Source: a plasmid. Taken from it: a stretch of DNA of 64,000 bases. The DNA lies in sequence record NZ_CP041325.1; one strand, given 5' to 3'. Below the pieces are notes generated by a model. It saw nothing but the letters and a program-made list of their open reading frames with translations, searched no databases and was not told the origin of the DNA. This document shows positions 41,609-51,848 of the stretch, piece after piece; within the stretch, counting starts at the first letter, position 1, and every line of letters begins with the position of its first letter. The translations under genes were made by a program, and so were the position numbers.

Positions 41609-41899
41609 TACTAAACAATAGTATTTGAGAAAGGACAATCACCCTTTATATTAATGATATTAAAGATGCTAGCTTATTTAGGGGATGACTCATGTTTAAG
41701 TGCGTGGAATTTAAAGAATCGATAGAGTGGTTAACTCTTGAGGATTATGAATTTTAATTAAGTAAATAAATGCAATATAGTTGTATGAAAATTTCCTAAA
41801 ATTGTTTGAACAAAGTTTTCCACAATGATATACTTGCATATGTTAGCATAAAACATTTTATGACAATTAAAATACATAATGAGATGGGGGAACAAGAAG

Positions 41900-42730
41900 A
41901 TGAAAAAGAACGACAGAGCGACCGTAGTGACGTTCGGTAATTTTAAAGGCGGCACAGGCAAGACGACCAACAGTACGATGATTGCATATGCTTTATCGGG
42001 TATGGGGTATAGAGTCTTACTGAGTGACCAAGACCCACAAGCGAATGCAACAAGCTTGTATCTGAAGACAAAGTCGGAAATCTCAGATGAAGTCGTAAGC
42101 TTCAATAAAACATTGATGACGGCCATCCAGGAAGAAAACCTCGAACAAATCGTTACGGAAATTAAAGAGAACTTGTATTTGCTTCCAAGCTTCAGCGATT
42201 TTGCTTTATATCCGAAATTATTAGAGAAGAAGTTCGTCAACGAAGTGGATCGTGTCCAATACTTTTCCAAATTGATTGAACCGTTAAAGGAAGATTTCGA
42301 TTTTATTTTCATCGATGTTCCTCCAACGATCTCAATTATCACGGATTCAGCACTATATGCTTCTGATTTTGTGGTGGTGGTTCTGCAAACGCAGGAACGG
42401 AGTCTACAAGGGGCAGAAGTATTTACTAAGTATCTCCAATCACTTATTGACGATTACAGTGCTGATTTAGACATTATCGGGATCCTCCCGGTATTGCTTA
42501 AGAACGGGGCAGCAGTTGATTTAGCAACTTTGGAAAATGCGAAAGAGATTTTCGGCGAAGAAAACATGTTTAATATCGTGGTAAAAAATATGGAGCGCTT
42601 GAAGCGTTTTGACATGACAGGCATCACAGATGATGACATGCATGATAGACGCGTGCATGAGAGCTATAAAGCAATTGCTGCGGAATTCATCTCAAGATTG
42701 AATGCTGAACTTGAAAGGGTGAGCCAGTAA
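41900..42730 (+). CDS. parA: type Ib ParA/ParF-family partition ATPase (small, no N-terminal HTH)
   Basis: Deviant Walker A FGNFKGGTGKTT, about 277 aa; followed by a small RHH gene. Confidence 0.85.
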   Translation: MKKNDRATVVTFGNFKGGTGKTTNSTMIAYALSGMGYRVLLSDQDPQANATSLYLKTKSEISDEVVSFNKTLMTAIQEENLEQIVTEIKENLYLLPSFSDFALYPKLLEKKFVNEVDRVQYFSKLIEPLKEDFDFIFIDVPPTISIITDSALYASDFVVVVLQTQERSLQGAEVFTKYLQSLIDDYSADLDIIGILPVLLKNGAAVDLATLENAKEIFGEENMFNIVVKNMERLKRFDMTGITDDDMHDRRVHESYKAIAAEFISRLNAELERVSQ

Positions 42731-42908
42731 ATGAGCAATCTATTAAACAAGAATAGCAAAAGAAGTTGTTGGAGCGCGGCCCGCAGATTTCCCCTGCCAA
42801 TACCTTTAAAATTGAAGATGTGAAACCTGCTGCAGAAGAAGCCCGCCCCCAAGAGATTGAAAAGAAAAAAAGAAAAAAACGCCAGAAAAGAAAGTTACGA
42901 GTGTACGC

Positions 42909-43340
42909 GTGAAGAAATCAACCCGTGATCGATTAAATGCTTTGGTAAGTTTAAACAAGGCAGAAAACATCGATGAAATGATCGAAATTATGATTGATGA
43001 GTATTTTTCGGTTCATGTGACAAAAGATGAAAAAAAGCAGTTCGACATAGTCATGGATTTATACAAATCGAAAAAAGTAAATGAAAGTCCTTGGTTCCTG
43101 AATAGAACTGAGGATTTTTTAATTGGATTAAAAACGGCATGCAAGCATGCACATATGCTCGTATGCACGTATGCTGACATGTACATATGCGCATATATCC
43201 GTATGCAAGCATGCACATATGCAAATATACGCATATGCAAGCATGCACATATGCTCATATGCATGTATATGAAAGAAGGAAATATATTTAATCGTTTGAA
43301 ACGTTGTCATATCAAGCTTCTTGTAAAATTAAGAAAATAG
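42909..43340 (+). CDS. ribbon-helix-helix (ParG/CopG-like) centromere-binding protein candidate; the real 3' end is uncertain because the frame reads through repeat array D
   Basis: GTG start. KKSTRDRLNALVSLNKAENIDEMIEIMIDEYF is a beta-strand plus two helices, i.e. an RHH fold. An upstream ORF (from ATG 42731) may be an N-terminal tail fused by frameshifts. The ORF continues as Cys/His/Tyr-rich translation of the ATGC repeats (likely artefactual). Confidence 0.4.
   Translation: MKKSTRDRLNALVSLNKAENIDEMIEIMIDEYFSVHVTKDEKKQFDIVMDLYKSKKVNESPWFLNRTEDFLIGLKTACKHAHMLVCTYADMYICAYIRMQACTYANIRICKHAHMLICMYMKEGNIFNRLKRCHIKLLVKLRK
43137..43272. repeat. ATGC-box array D (about 17 units), immediately downstream of the partition genes
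   Basis: ATGC at strict 8-bp intervals (GCATGCAAGCATGCACATATGCTCGTATGCACGTATGC...). The subunit TATGCAAGCATGCACATATGC recurs three times. Confidence 0.85.
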
Positions 43341-43360
43341 GAATTGCTTTTACCTAAAAA

Positions 43361-43468
43361 TATGCACATATGCAAGCATGCGCATATACCTGCATGCACA
43401 TATGCACGCATACGCACATGCGAGTATGCAGATATGCTGATATATGCGTATGCAAGCATGCACATATG
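43361..43468. repeat. ATGC-box array E (about 13 units)
   Basis: Same 8-bp periodic motif; separated from array D by about 90 nt. Confidence 0.85.
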
Positions 43469-43721
43469 CTGGCATGCGGGTTTATAAAGCGCCCCGAAAC
43501 CCTATTGTATCAACGTTTTTTCTCTTCTATACTTTAAAACTAACTAGGAAAAGGTTCAGTTTTAGGGAGGGGGGAGACAGTGGTGGAAGTGAAAAGAGTA
43601 CTGGAATCGATTTTGCATGATGGTATTTCGATGTATAAAAAGATCGGCTCTGCTGCACCGCTGCCGCAGCTTTTAAAAGCACAAAAAACCTCCCTAAAAA
43701 AGTAAACAAGGGGCAATCTGC

Positions 43722-45093
43722 TTGGTCAGATCCAAAGAGCACTTATCGACCTCAGAAGGAGTTCGCGGCTATATTGTCACTTCCATGGAAACTCTCTTGG
43801 AGGATTCTTTTGGCATTTCTCACTGGAATCCTAATGTAGCGAACTACTTAAGGTATTCTGATAAAAAAAGACGGCACATCAAGGGATTGGAAGAGAAGAA
43901 CCTGCAACAAATCAACACCTTCGTCGTTGACATTGATTCCAAAAAGCAGCCCTATACAGAAATCCTGACTGCCGCCCTTGATCACAGCATCGGCATACCC
44001 ACTTTAGTCTTGGAAACACCAAAAGGTTTTCAGGCTTATTTTGTGTTGGAGAAACCGTTGTTCATCAGCAATCAAAACGATTATCGCGGTTTGAAAGTGG
44101 CTAAACGCATTTCAGAAAACATCAAACGCAGCTTGGCGGAAGTTTTGCAGGGAGTGGACATCTCCTGCAACGACTTCGGCTTTTTCCGCATGCCTCAAAA
44201 AAGACAACATCCGCTGGTTCTCAGAAGAAATGGTCTACGACTTCGGCAGTTTGATTGCTTGGTCCAAACGCCAGGATGATAACCGGGGTCGCGGGTTATT
44301 TGTGGTGCCTGGAAAAGAAGCGCCGCAGGATCCGACACAGTCCGAATGGTTCCGGGAATTGTTGGCGACTCGTCACGTAAAAGGGGGCGAGGGGCAGATT
44401 GGCCGGGACAATCTGATGTACACGATTGCCTTAGCCTGTTTTAGTGCCGGGAAGGGGAGAGGGGAGGCTCTCGACTTACTTGATGAATACAATTCAGGAC
44501 TTCATGCACCGATGCGTCATAACGAGGTGGAGAAAATCGTCAGAAGCGCATATAAAGGACGTTTCAAAGGCGCACATCAGGAATACATCCGTGAACTATT
44601 GGAAAGCTGGACGAACAAGAAGGATCTGGTCATCGAAAATTCTTTTGGTGGCTGGTACAAGTTCAAGAAAGAACGGAAGGACCGGAAGCGAAGCCATTAT
44701 GAAGAATGGGAAGAGGATCTGCTTGCCTATATCCAACAGGCCACTAGTTTGGAGCAACCAGTAAAATGGACCACACAGAAAGCAATCTGTGAAGAACTCG
44801 GAATGGCCAAAAGCACGTTCAACGAAGTGATCCGCAAATCCAATCGGATTCTGATCAAACGAAAAGGAAAAGGCTGCAGAGCACAGACCGGATTGACATC
44901 GGTGGCTGTGCTTCTTCAGTGTGCCCTTGCTTACAATCAAACACATCGTGCAGCATACTACGAAACGATCCGCTTGATGAACACAGAGCATGAAAACCAG
45001 GAAGCACTGCGAGAGCTTGATAACCTCCTGGACCTACACGCATTTGAAGTAAAACAGCAAAGGATGAATGGTAAAATTTTCAATTCTTCCTAA
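43722..45093 (+). CDS. rep: plasmid replication initiator with primase-like/PriCT-type domains; one frameshift near 44215
   Basis: N-terminal region GIPTLVLETPKGFQAYFVL (replicase/primase-like core). C-terminal region with a winged-helix-like segment. The two ORFs overlap 44230-44279 in adjacent frames. Confidence 0.55.
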
Positions 45094-45231
45094 TGGTCCA
45101 GTCTGCCAATACATATCTGAATACATGCTTCTGTTTTTGTGCTGGCTATATTGGGTTTATCCATCGATCACTCTTTTGTATTTTGGAGAATAAAAAAAGC
45201 ATCCCTTTTGGAGAAAGGATACTTAGAAGGA

Positions 45232-45555
45232 CTATTTATCTTGATTTTCGTCATAAGGGCCGAATCGCTCATACATTTTGTGAAGCTGCTGTTCTTGAAA
45301 GTCTTCTTTGAAGGCGCGAAGAAATACTTCGGTGGGATTGACCTCAAGGACATTGCAATAGTGGATGATCCAGCCAAGTGAGAAGTTTTGTTTTCCTCGT
45401 TCCACTAAGGAAACAGTGGCCGGGTTCAGCTTGGATTTTTCTTCGATTTCTTGCAGGGTCATCTTTTTTTCTTTTCGAATGGATTTCATGGCGGATCCGA
45501 TTTTTTGATATATATCAAGTTGTTCATTGGGAGTCATATGTAAAGGTCCTTTCAA
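45232..45555 (-). CDS. XRE-family helix-turn-helix transcriptional regulator
   Basis: MTLQEIEEKSKLNPATVSLVERGKQNFSLGWIIHYCNVLEV is a canonical Cro/C1-type HTH. Confidence 0.7.
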   Translation of the reverse strand: MKGPLHMTPNEQLDIYQKIGSAMKSIRKEKKMTLQEIEEKSKLNPATVSLVERGKQNFSLGWIIHYCNVLEVNPTEVFLRAFKEDFQEQQLHKMYERFGPYDENQDK

Positions 45556-45631
45556 ATTTATCAGTACCCATTTTAAGAAGTTAATGCTATACTGAAGCCA
45601 TTATTTTTAGATATATATAAAAAATCTCTAC

Positions 45632-45676
45632 AAACTCTGTTATTGGTAGTTTGGCGACCGTCCATAACAGAGTTTC
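45632..45676. promoter_or_regulatory. 12-bp perfect inverted repeat AAACTCTGTTAT-N21-ATAACAGAGTTT in the XRE/repA_N divergent intergenic region (candidate operator)
   Basis: Perfect arms at 45632-45643 and 45665-45676. Confidence 0.45.
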
Positions 45677-45837
45677 CACGTAGAGAAATTTCAAGGGAAT
45701 AATTGTTAGCCTGATTATAGCATGAAACGGGCAAATATGAACAGATGAATGCGGGAATTCTAAGGTTTCCCCTGTCTGCAACCTCCTTTGAAGTTTCTCT
45801 AAAACTGATGTGAGAAATTGTGAAAGGGGCTTTATGC

Positions 45838-46773
45838 ATGGCGAAGAAATACAACGTACAAGAAGAGGCTGCAGAGCGGTTTTACCGTCTGCCAAAAGTG
45901 TTTTTCATCAGTGAGCGTTATAAAAAAATCAGCAATGATGCAAAGATTGCCTTTGCAATTCTTCAGGACCGGTTGGAGTTATCGATTCGAAACCACTGGT
46001 TTGATGAAGAGGGGAATATCTTTTTCCTTTATGGGAATCATCAACTTGGAGAAATACTGAACTGCAGCAAACCGACGGTCATCAAAATCAAAAAAGAACT
46101 TCATACTGCGGAGTTGCTGGAAGAAAAACGGATGGGTCTTTCACAGCCGAATCGGCTCTATTTACTCAAACCGGTGGCGGATCGGTCTGATGTTGAGGCT
46201 TTGATGAACCCCGAAAATGAGTCTGAAATCCTTGGTCCCCAACAGAAGTTAAAATCTTTTACTTCTGGAAATCAAAATTCTTTACTTCAAGAAGTTAAAA
46301 ATTTTAATACGAATGATACTGAACTTAACAAGACTGATTTAAATGATACTGAAGATAAGATCAATCAAACAATCAGCAAACTGGACCTGCCAGAGGTATT
46401 AATACAGGTCCTGATCAAAAACAAAAAGCGATTGATGGATGACCGGATTCAAGTAAGGGATATAGCGAATCATTATCATGCTCATCAGGGACTGTTAAAT
46501 CTCTATCAATATGCGGACGCTTTGCAATATTCGCTGGAACGGACCCCAGGGCGCATTAAGAGCATCACTGCCCGATTGACAAAAGCCGTAGAAGACAAGA
46601 AAAAGTGGCTGACAAGCCATGAAAGTGCAGTCAGCACGCCTGTGAGAGAAGAACTAGTTCCGGATTGGCTGCATAAATCTGAAACTGAAGAGCTTGAACA
46701 ATTGAATAAAGAGGCGATGGAAGCTGAAAAGGCTGAATTGCTAAGGAAGTTGGAGATGCGGAAGTCACTCTGA
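45838..46773 (+). CDS. repA: RepA_N-family replication initiator (Firmicutes theta-plasmid type)
   Basis: N-terminal ...YRLPKVFF...KISNDAKIAFAILQDRLELS...GNIFFLYGNHQLGEILNCSKPTVIKIKKELHTAELL matches the RepA_N winged-helix domain pattern; variable C-terminal domain. Confidence 0.6.
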   Translation: MAKKYNVQEEAAERFYRLPKVFFISERYKKISNDAKIAFAILQDRLELSIRNHWFDEEGNIFFLYGNHQLGEILNCSKPTVIKIKKELHTAELLEEKRMGLSQPNRLYLLKPVADRSDVEALMNPENESEILGPQQKLKSFTSGNQNSLLQEVKNFNTNDTELNKTDLNDTEDKINQTISKLDLPEVLIQVLIKNKKRLMDDRIQVRDIANHYHAHQGLLNLYQYADALQYSLERTPGRIKSITARLTKAVEDKKKWLTSHESAVSTPVREELVPDWLHKSETEELEQLNKEAMEAEKAELLRKLEMRKSL

Positions 46774-46786
46774 CTTCCTTTTTTTA
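46755..46786 (+). terminator. rho-independent terminator after repA_N
   Basis: Stem GGAAGTCA-CTCT-GACTTCC, followed by TTTTTTTATTT. Confidence 0.6.
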
Positions 46787-46979
46787 TTTATATCTAAAAA
46801 TCTTCTCTTAAAACATTCAGAATTCGAGATTCCTTCATCTGGTAATTAAGTAACGATACGATGAAATAAAGAACTTTTTTAACTTTTAAAAAAGTAAATA
46901 ATACCCATAATTTTTTACTGAATTTTCATTGCCAAAAATATGGCAACTGTAGTAGGGTTGAGTCAAATAAAAGAAGGAG

Positions 46980-47213
46980 GTGGAGAATTTGTTTGAACGA
47001 ATAAATGGATTTCTTAATACAGTCTTTAGCGACATGCAGTCCACATTCATCACCGTCTTTATGATTGGTCTCTTAATCTGTGCCATCGGCGTATGGGCAG
47101 GGGATGAGCAATCGTCACCTAGATTTAAGAGAGGGTTGGTATTAAGTGTTTTGGGTCTTGTAGTCTTCATACTTGCAAAGCCAATTATTGAATACGTACA
47201 AATCAATCTGTAA
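46980..47213 (+). CDS. small two-TM membrane protein, first gene of the T4SS operon (possible pilin-like/VirB2-type or TrbC-like component)
   Basis: RBS AAGGAGG; two hydrophobic helices; operon position. Confidence 0.4.
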   Translation: MENLFERINGFLNTVFSDMQSTFITVFMIGLLICAIGVWAGDEQSSPRFKRGLVLSVLGLVVFILAKPIIEYVQINL

Positions 47214-47241
47214 GACAGAACGAGAAAGTATGTGATAGCGG

Positions 47242-48277
47242 ATGCGTTTAGATTCCTATACCGAACGCCAGGAGCGTTTGCGTGAGCGCGGGAAGGTGGA
47301 ACTTCCACTCAATATCGATACGAAAAAAGTACTTGTATGGCAATATCTCTTTCCAGGATGTCTTCATTGTTTCGCCATTCTTGGTGTTTGGGGCCATCAT
47401 CTCTTATTTTCTGTACAAAGCAGGGCATCTTAATCAGCAATTGTTATTGATTTCCTTTATTCCGGCGATGATTGTTACGGTATTTCAGTTAAACAAGCAC
47501 CCCATCCGGAAGAATTTATCGCTTCTGCAGTACAAAGTGATTTGGAAGCTGCGGGCTAAGCGGCGGAATAAGGAATTTCATTACGCGAAAGGAGCATTGC
47601 CGATGAGCCGGAAAGAAGGCGATACCCGGACGGAGCTGGGACTGGCGAATATTGCGAATGGCTGCCTGGAATCGACAGACCGGAAGCTCATCAAGGTATT
47701 GGAAGTCTCCTCAGTGAATTTGTCGTTGATGAATGAACTGGCAAAGAGAATGTGCTTTCAGCCTATCAGTCTTTTATCAACGACACCGGTGAGAAACAGA
47801 TCCAGTTGATGCAGGTAGCCCAGCCAATCAATCTCACAAACTACTTGATGTGGTTTAACGAACAGGTAGACCAGAACTCGTCCTATGCCAAACGGGTGCT
47901 GAAGCAAGGCTATTCCAACCAGATTGAACGGATTCAGAAGTCGAAGAACATGGTGACCCGGAAACGGTATTTGGTGATTTCCAAACCGATGACCCAATCG
48001 CCGAAAAGATTACATGAAGCTCGAGACGACGGCCAATATCTTGAAAGCGAAACTCGAACAGATGCTGTCGGGCTACGAGAAACTGGACGTTAAGATTTTG
48101 GAGAACGATGAATTGCTGAAGTTTTACTACGCTTGCATCGATTTCGAGAATGCACAGGCCCAAGGTGAAAACATTGTGCACAAGACCAATGCGAAGCTCG
48201 ATGTGGTAGTCGGAAAAAATACGGCCAAAGCGTTAGTGGACCAGTATAAAACACTGCTTAATGAACGATTTGAATAA
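47242..48277 (+). CDS. T4SS membrane protein with a PrgI/TcpE-like (VirB3-analogue) N-terminal two-TM hairpin and a cytoplasmic C-domain; at least 2-3 frameshifts
   Basis: Hydrophobic hairpin FIVSPFLVFGAIISYFLYK...LLLISFIPAMIVTVF directly upstream of VirB4, as in Gram-positive T4SS. Four ORFs tile about 345 codons. Confidence 0.45.
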
Positions 48278-48289
48278 GGAGGTGGCGTC

Positions 48290-50168
48290 ATGCAATGGAT
48301 GAGCAGCCTGTTTCGTGCCAAACCGAAAGAAGAACCGACATTTGAAGAGACGGTGTTCAGCATGAATGAAACGTTGCTGACGGCGATTGCGCCGGATAAC
48401 CTAACGGAATACGATTCGTCGGTGCGCATCGGGGCCAACTATACCCGGACGCTGTTGATAGTCGATTACGATCCGATTCAGGACCAGAACAAAATCCAGC
48501 AAGTGACGGAGCTTCCGGAAAACGTCTCGATTGTGAACTACCTGCAGGAATACAACATCGGCGAGGTCCGGTCGCAGCTCGTTAAAAGCATCAAGCAAAA
48601 CCGGATGAAGATGAATACCCGATTTGCGGATGAACAGACGATCATCGATTCAGAAGGCCAGATTGAAAGTGCGTCGGAAATGCTGCGCAATCTCTCATAC
48701 CGGAACGATAAGATTTTCCTGTTTCATACCTTGATTCACCCCTGGTAGCCAGTTCGCAGGACGAACTGGACCAATTGACGACCACCGTCAAAAGCAAGTT
48801 TTCGAAAATCGGCATCATCCATAACCCGACAGACCGGGCAGTGGACGCCTTCCGTTCATTCCTTCCCCTCAATCAGAACAAAGTGGAGGAACTGACATAC
48901 AAAATGACCAACTCGGAAGCGATTTCGTATTTCTTCCCTTTCCATGAAAATGAAATGTTCTCGCAGACCGGATTGATCAAAGGGCGCAATATGACAACCG
49001 GCAATGTGGTCATCGTCGATGATACGACCTTGCTCAACCGGCATGAATTCGTCATCGGCATTTCCGGAATCGGGAAATCGACGTACTTGTTTGCCAACAT
49101 GACGAACAAGCATATGCTGGGCCGGAAAATCATTACCGTAGATCCGAAAGGGGAATTCGGCCGGAATTACGCGGACCTTGGCGGTGCCTGGGTCAAATTC
49201 CAGCTAAAAGGCGGAAATCGGATCAACCCGATGGATTTGCCGAAAATCAGTGAGAAGGTGCAGCGGGAAGAGGCCGAGCTCGGCAATATCCTGCTGACGA
49301 AAATCTCTAATCTCTTGGTCATGTTCAAGCTGATGTACAACTCCATGAATGAATTGCAGGAAGATATTCTGAGCCGGTATATCCAAAAAGTCTACGAAGA
49401 AAAAAGGCATCGATGAAACTACGGACATCAACCAACTGACGGCGAACGATTATCCGGTTCTTGAAGATCTGTACCGATTGATTGAACGCGATAAAAAAGA
49501 CGATCCGCCTTTGTACGAGCGTATCCGCGATTTTCACACGACTCTTGAAACATATGTATACGGCATCTACTCGGAGCTCTTTAACGGCGCCACAAACGTG
49601 AATATCGCCAATGAATTGGTTTGTTATGACCTAAAAGAGATGAGCAACAACGAAAAAATTCAGCGGATTCTTTTTTTACAACATTTTATCTCACACGACT
49701 TACGAAATTATGAGCGGGGACCGGGAACCCAGCGAAATTTTCATTGATGAAGCGCACGTCATCGCCGATCCGAAAGTGCCGAAAGCGATGGAGTTCATCT
49801 ATTTCATGATGAAAGTGCTCCGGTCGTTCAACTGCGGCATTACAACGGCATCCCAATCAGTGGAGGATTTCCTGTCCGCCCGCGATGAGAACCGGAACTA
49901 CGGGAAAGCGATCATCACCCAGTCGGTGCAACGCCTGTACTTACCGATGAGTGAGGAAGAACTGAAGTACCTGGAAGAGGAACTGGGCAACACGTTCTCA
50001 AAAGAGGAACGATCCACGTTGATTCTGAAGGACGGAAAGAAGAAAAGAGCAGGCCGGCAAAGGCATCTTCTATACCGGTTCCAAGAAAATTAAGTTAGAA
50101 GTGCAGCTGAATGAAGTGACCGAAAAGCTGTGGTTTGAGCAGAAGAGCATTAACGATATCACCATTTG
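48290..50168 (+). CDS. virB4: VirB4-family T4SS ATPase (TrsE/PrgJ/TcpF-like); at least 3 frameshifts
   Basis: Walker [10 protein letters not shown], Walker B IFIDEAH, and the motif AIITQS conserved in CagE/TrbE/VirB4. Fragments 48290..48748, 48775..49416, 49478..49747 and 49710..50168 are contiguous. Confidence 0.85.
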
Positions 50169-50183
50169 AAAAGGGATGAGGGT

Positions 50184-51254
50184 ATGAATCCGAAAGAAGC
50201 AGCCAAAACACTGGGGTCCATATTGGTCTCGAAGCTCCTGTTTAGCCCCTTAGGGTTGATTGCAGTGGGAATTGGGCTTCTTCTGATTGCTGTTCCGGTG
50301 TTCATGTCCATGACGAGCAAAAGTGAGGATTTCAATATTGAAGACCCTAACAGCAACTTAGATGCACTCTCCAGCTCATCAGGAGGCGCTTACTGTGCAC
50401 CGGACGGCGAAATAGACCAAGACCTTTGGGATGAACAGTTCGCTTCTGCAGGTGTTTTCAGTGGGATGGGAGATGTATTCTTGGAAGTGGCAGCGCACCA
50501 AGGAATTGACCCGGTGCTGATGGCCGCCATTGCCCTGCATGAAACCGGGCATGGAACTTCTTCGGCAGTAGTGGAAAAGAAGAACCCCGGAGGATTGATG
50601 GGGAAAAACGGGCTCATGGTCTTTGGGACACTCGAAGAGGGCCTCGCTTCCATGGGCAAGACGCTCCACAATCGGATTATTAAAGACGGCTTGGTCACGA
50701 TTGCCGATTTAGGTTCAGTATATGCACCGATAGGAGCTAGTAACGATCCGACGAACCTGAACAGTCATTGGGTTCCGAACGTAACCAAAGTTGTTAGCTC
50801 GTTAGGTGGATTGACGATGAACTGTGCCACATCAACTGGAGAATTTGCCAAACCGGTCCCGAATGTCGCGGTCAATTCGAATTTTGGGGTCCGCGTGCAC
50901 CCGGTAACCGGAAAGATTTCAAGACACGAAGGCGTGGATCTGGAGTGTACACAGCCGGAACTGATTTATTCCGCGAAAGAAGGCCGTGTGGTCTTTGCAG
51001 AATATCCGTCTAATGGGCTCAATACCTATGGAAATGTCGTCGTCATTGAGCATGAGAATAAGTTGTTCAGCTTGTATGCGCATCTCAGCAAAATTGATGT
51101 GAAAGTAGGGCAGGAAGTCAGCCAGCTTCAGCCGGTTGGCCAGTGCGGAACCACAGGCCGCTCAACTGGAGATCATCTGCATTTTGAAATCCATACCGGC
51201 AAACTGTTCGGTAAACGGGTAAATCCGATGCCTTATTTGGAAAAAGGAGCTTGA
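50184..51254 (+). CDS. T4SS-associated bifunctional cell-wall hydrolase (CwlT/TcpG-like): TM anchor plus lysozyme-like/lytic transglycosylase domain plus M23 peptidase
   Basis: N-terminal TM helix, muramidase-like region (ALHETGHGTSS), C-terminal M23 motifs (HEGVDL, GNVVVIEH, HLHFEIH). Confidence 0.85.
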   Translation: MNPKEAAKTLGSILVSKLLFSPLGLIAVGIGLLLIAVPVFMSMTSKSEDFNIEDPNSNLDALSSSSGGAYCAPDGEIDQDLWDEQFASAGVFSGMGDVFLEVAAHQGIDPVLMAAIALHETGHGTSSAVVEKKNPGGLMGKNGLMVFGTLEEGLASMGKTLHNRIIKDGLVTIADLGSVYAPIGASNDPTNLNSHWVPNVTKVVSSLGGLTMNCATSTGEFAKPVPNVAVNSNFGVRVHPVTGKISRHEGVDLECTQPELIYSAKEGRVVFAEYPSNGLNTYGNVVVIEHENKLFSLYAHLSKIDVKVGQEVSQLQPVGQCGTTGRSTGDHLHFEIHTGKLFGKRVNPMPYLEKGA

Positions 51255-51270
51255 GATAAAGAAAGGAGAG

Positions 51271-51828
51271 ATGAGGATGCAACGGCTGGATCTTCGAATC
51301 ATCCTGCTTGGAATAGCGATTTTAATCTTAGCCATTGTCAGTTTTAACTTATACCTGTCTTCAAATGAAACAAAGGAAGAGAATAAAGAGCTGAAAGAGG
51401 AAGTAGAACGGTTAAAAACGGTGCAATCAATGGAACAGGCCATCTATACCCGGACTGAAGAGTTTCTCCGGGCGACTTTAGAAGGCGGTTCAATTGAATT
51501 CTTCTCCGATTCATTCAGAGAAGAGGCGGAGCAGCAGCTTGAGCAGGATGAAGAGTTGCATGATGGGAGCCGAAGCCAGATGGAGAACTTCGAAATCTTT
51601 AATATCTCCGTCCGGCAAATGGACGAGGCATACCAAGTCTATGCCATCTATAAAGTCAGCTTAACGGGAATCGAAGGGGAACTTGAAAATCCAGGTCAGC
51701 AACCGCTCCTGTACCTGACCTCCAGAATCAAATGGATTGAAGAAGAAGGGGAGTGGCGCGTGGATGCACACGAACTGGAAACCCTCGCGTCCGGTGAAGA
51801 AGTCGAAGAGGCGATTTCGAACGGATAA
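51271..51828 (+). CDS. membrane-anchored T4SS protein, possibly VirB8-like (TM plus coiled coil plus compact C-domain)
   Basis: N-terminal TM, Glu/Lys-rich coiled coil, about 90-aa C-terminal globular segment. Assignment is by position and architecture only. Confidence 0.35.
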   Translation: MRMQRLDLRIILLGIAILILAIVSFNLYLSSNETKEENKELKEEVERLKTVQSMEQAIYTRTEEFLRATLEGGSIEFFSDSFREEAEQQLEQDEELHDGSRSQMENFEIFNISVRQMDEAYQVYAIYKVSLTGIEGELENPGQQPLLYLTSRIKWIEEEGEWRVDAHELETLASGEEVEEAISNG

Positions 51829-51848
51829 AACGGAAGGGACGTGCTGAG

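Noticed and set aside
41758-42342. 194-aa minus-strand ORF overlapping parA
   Set aside because: Antisense to the strongly supported ParA (Walker A box). AT-rich, low-complexity translation. No RBS.
40564-43468. Short tandem repeat arrays considered as a CRISPR array
   Set aside because: The repeat unit is only 8 bp (4-bp box plus 4-bp spacer) with no unique spacers of 25-40 bp and no cas genes. The architecture matches plasmid centromere or iteron arrays instead.
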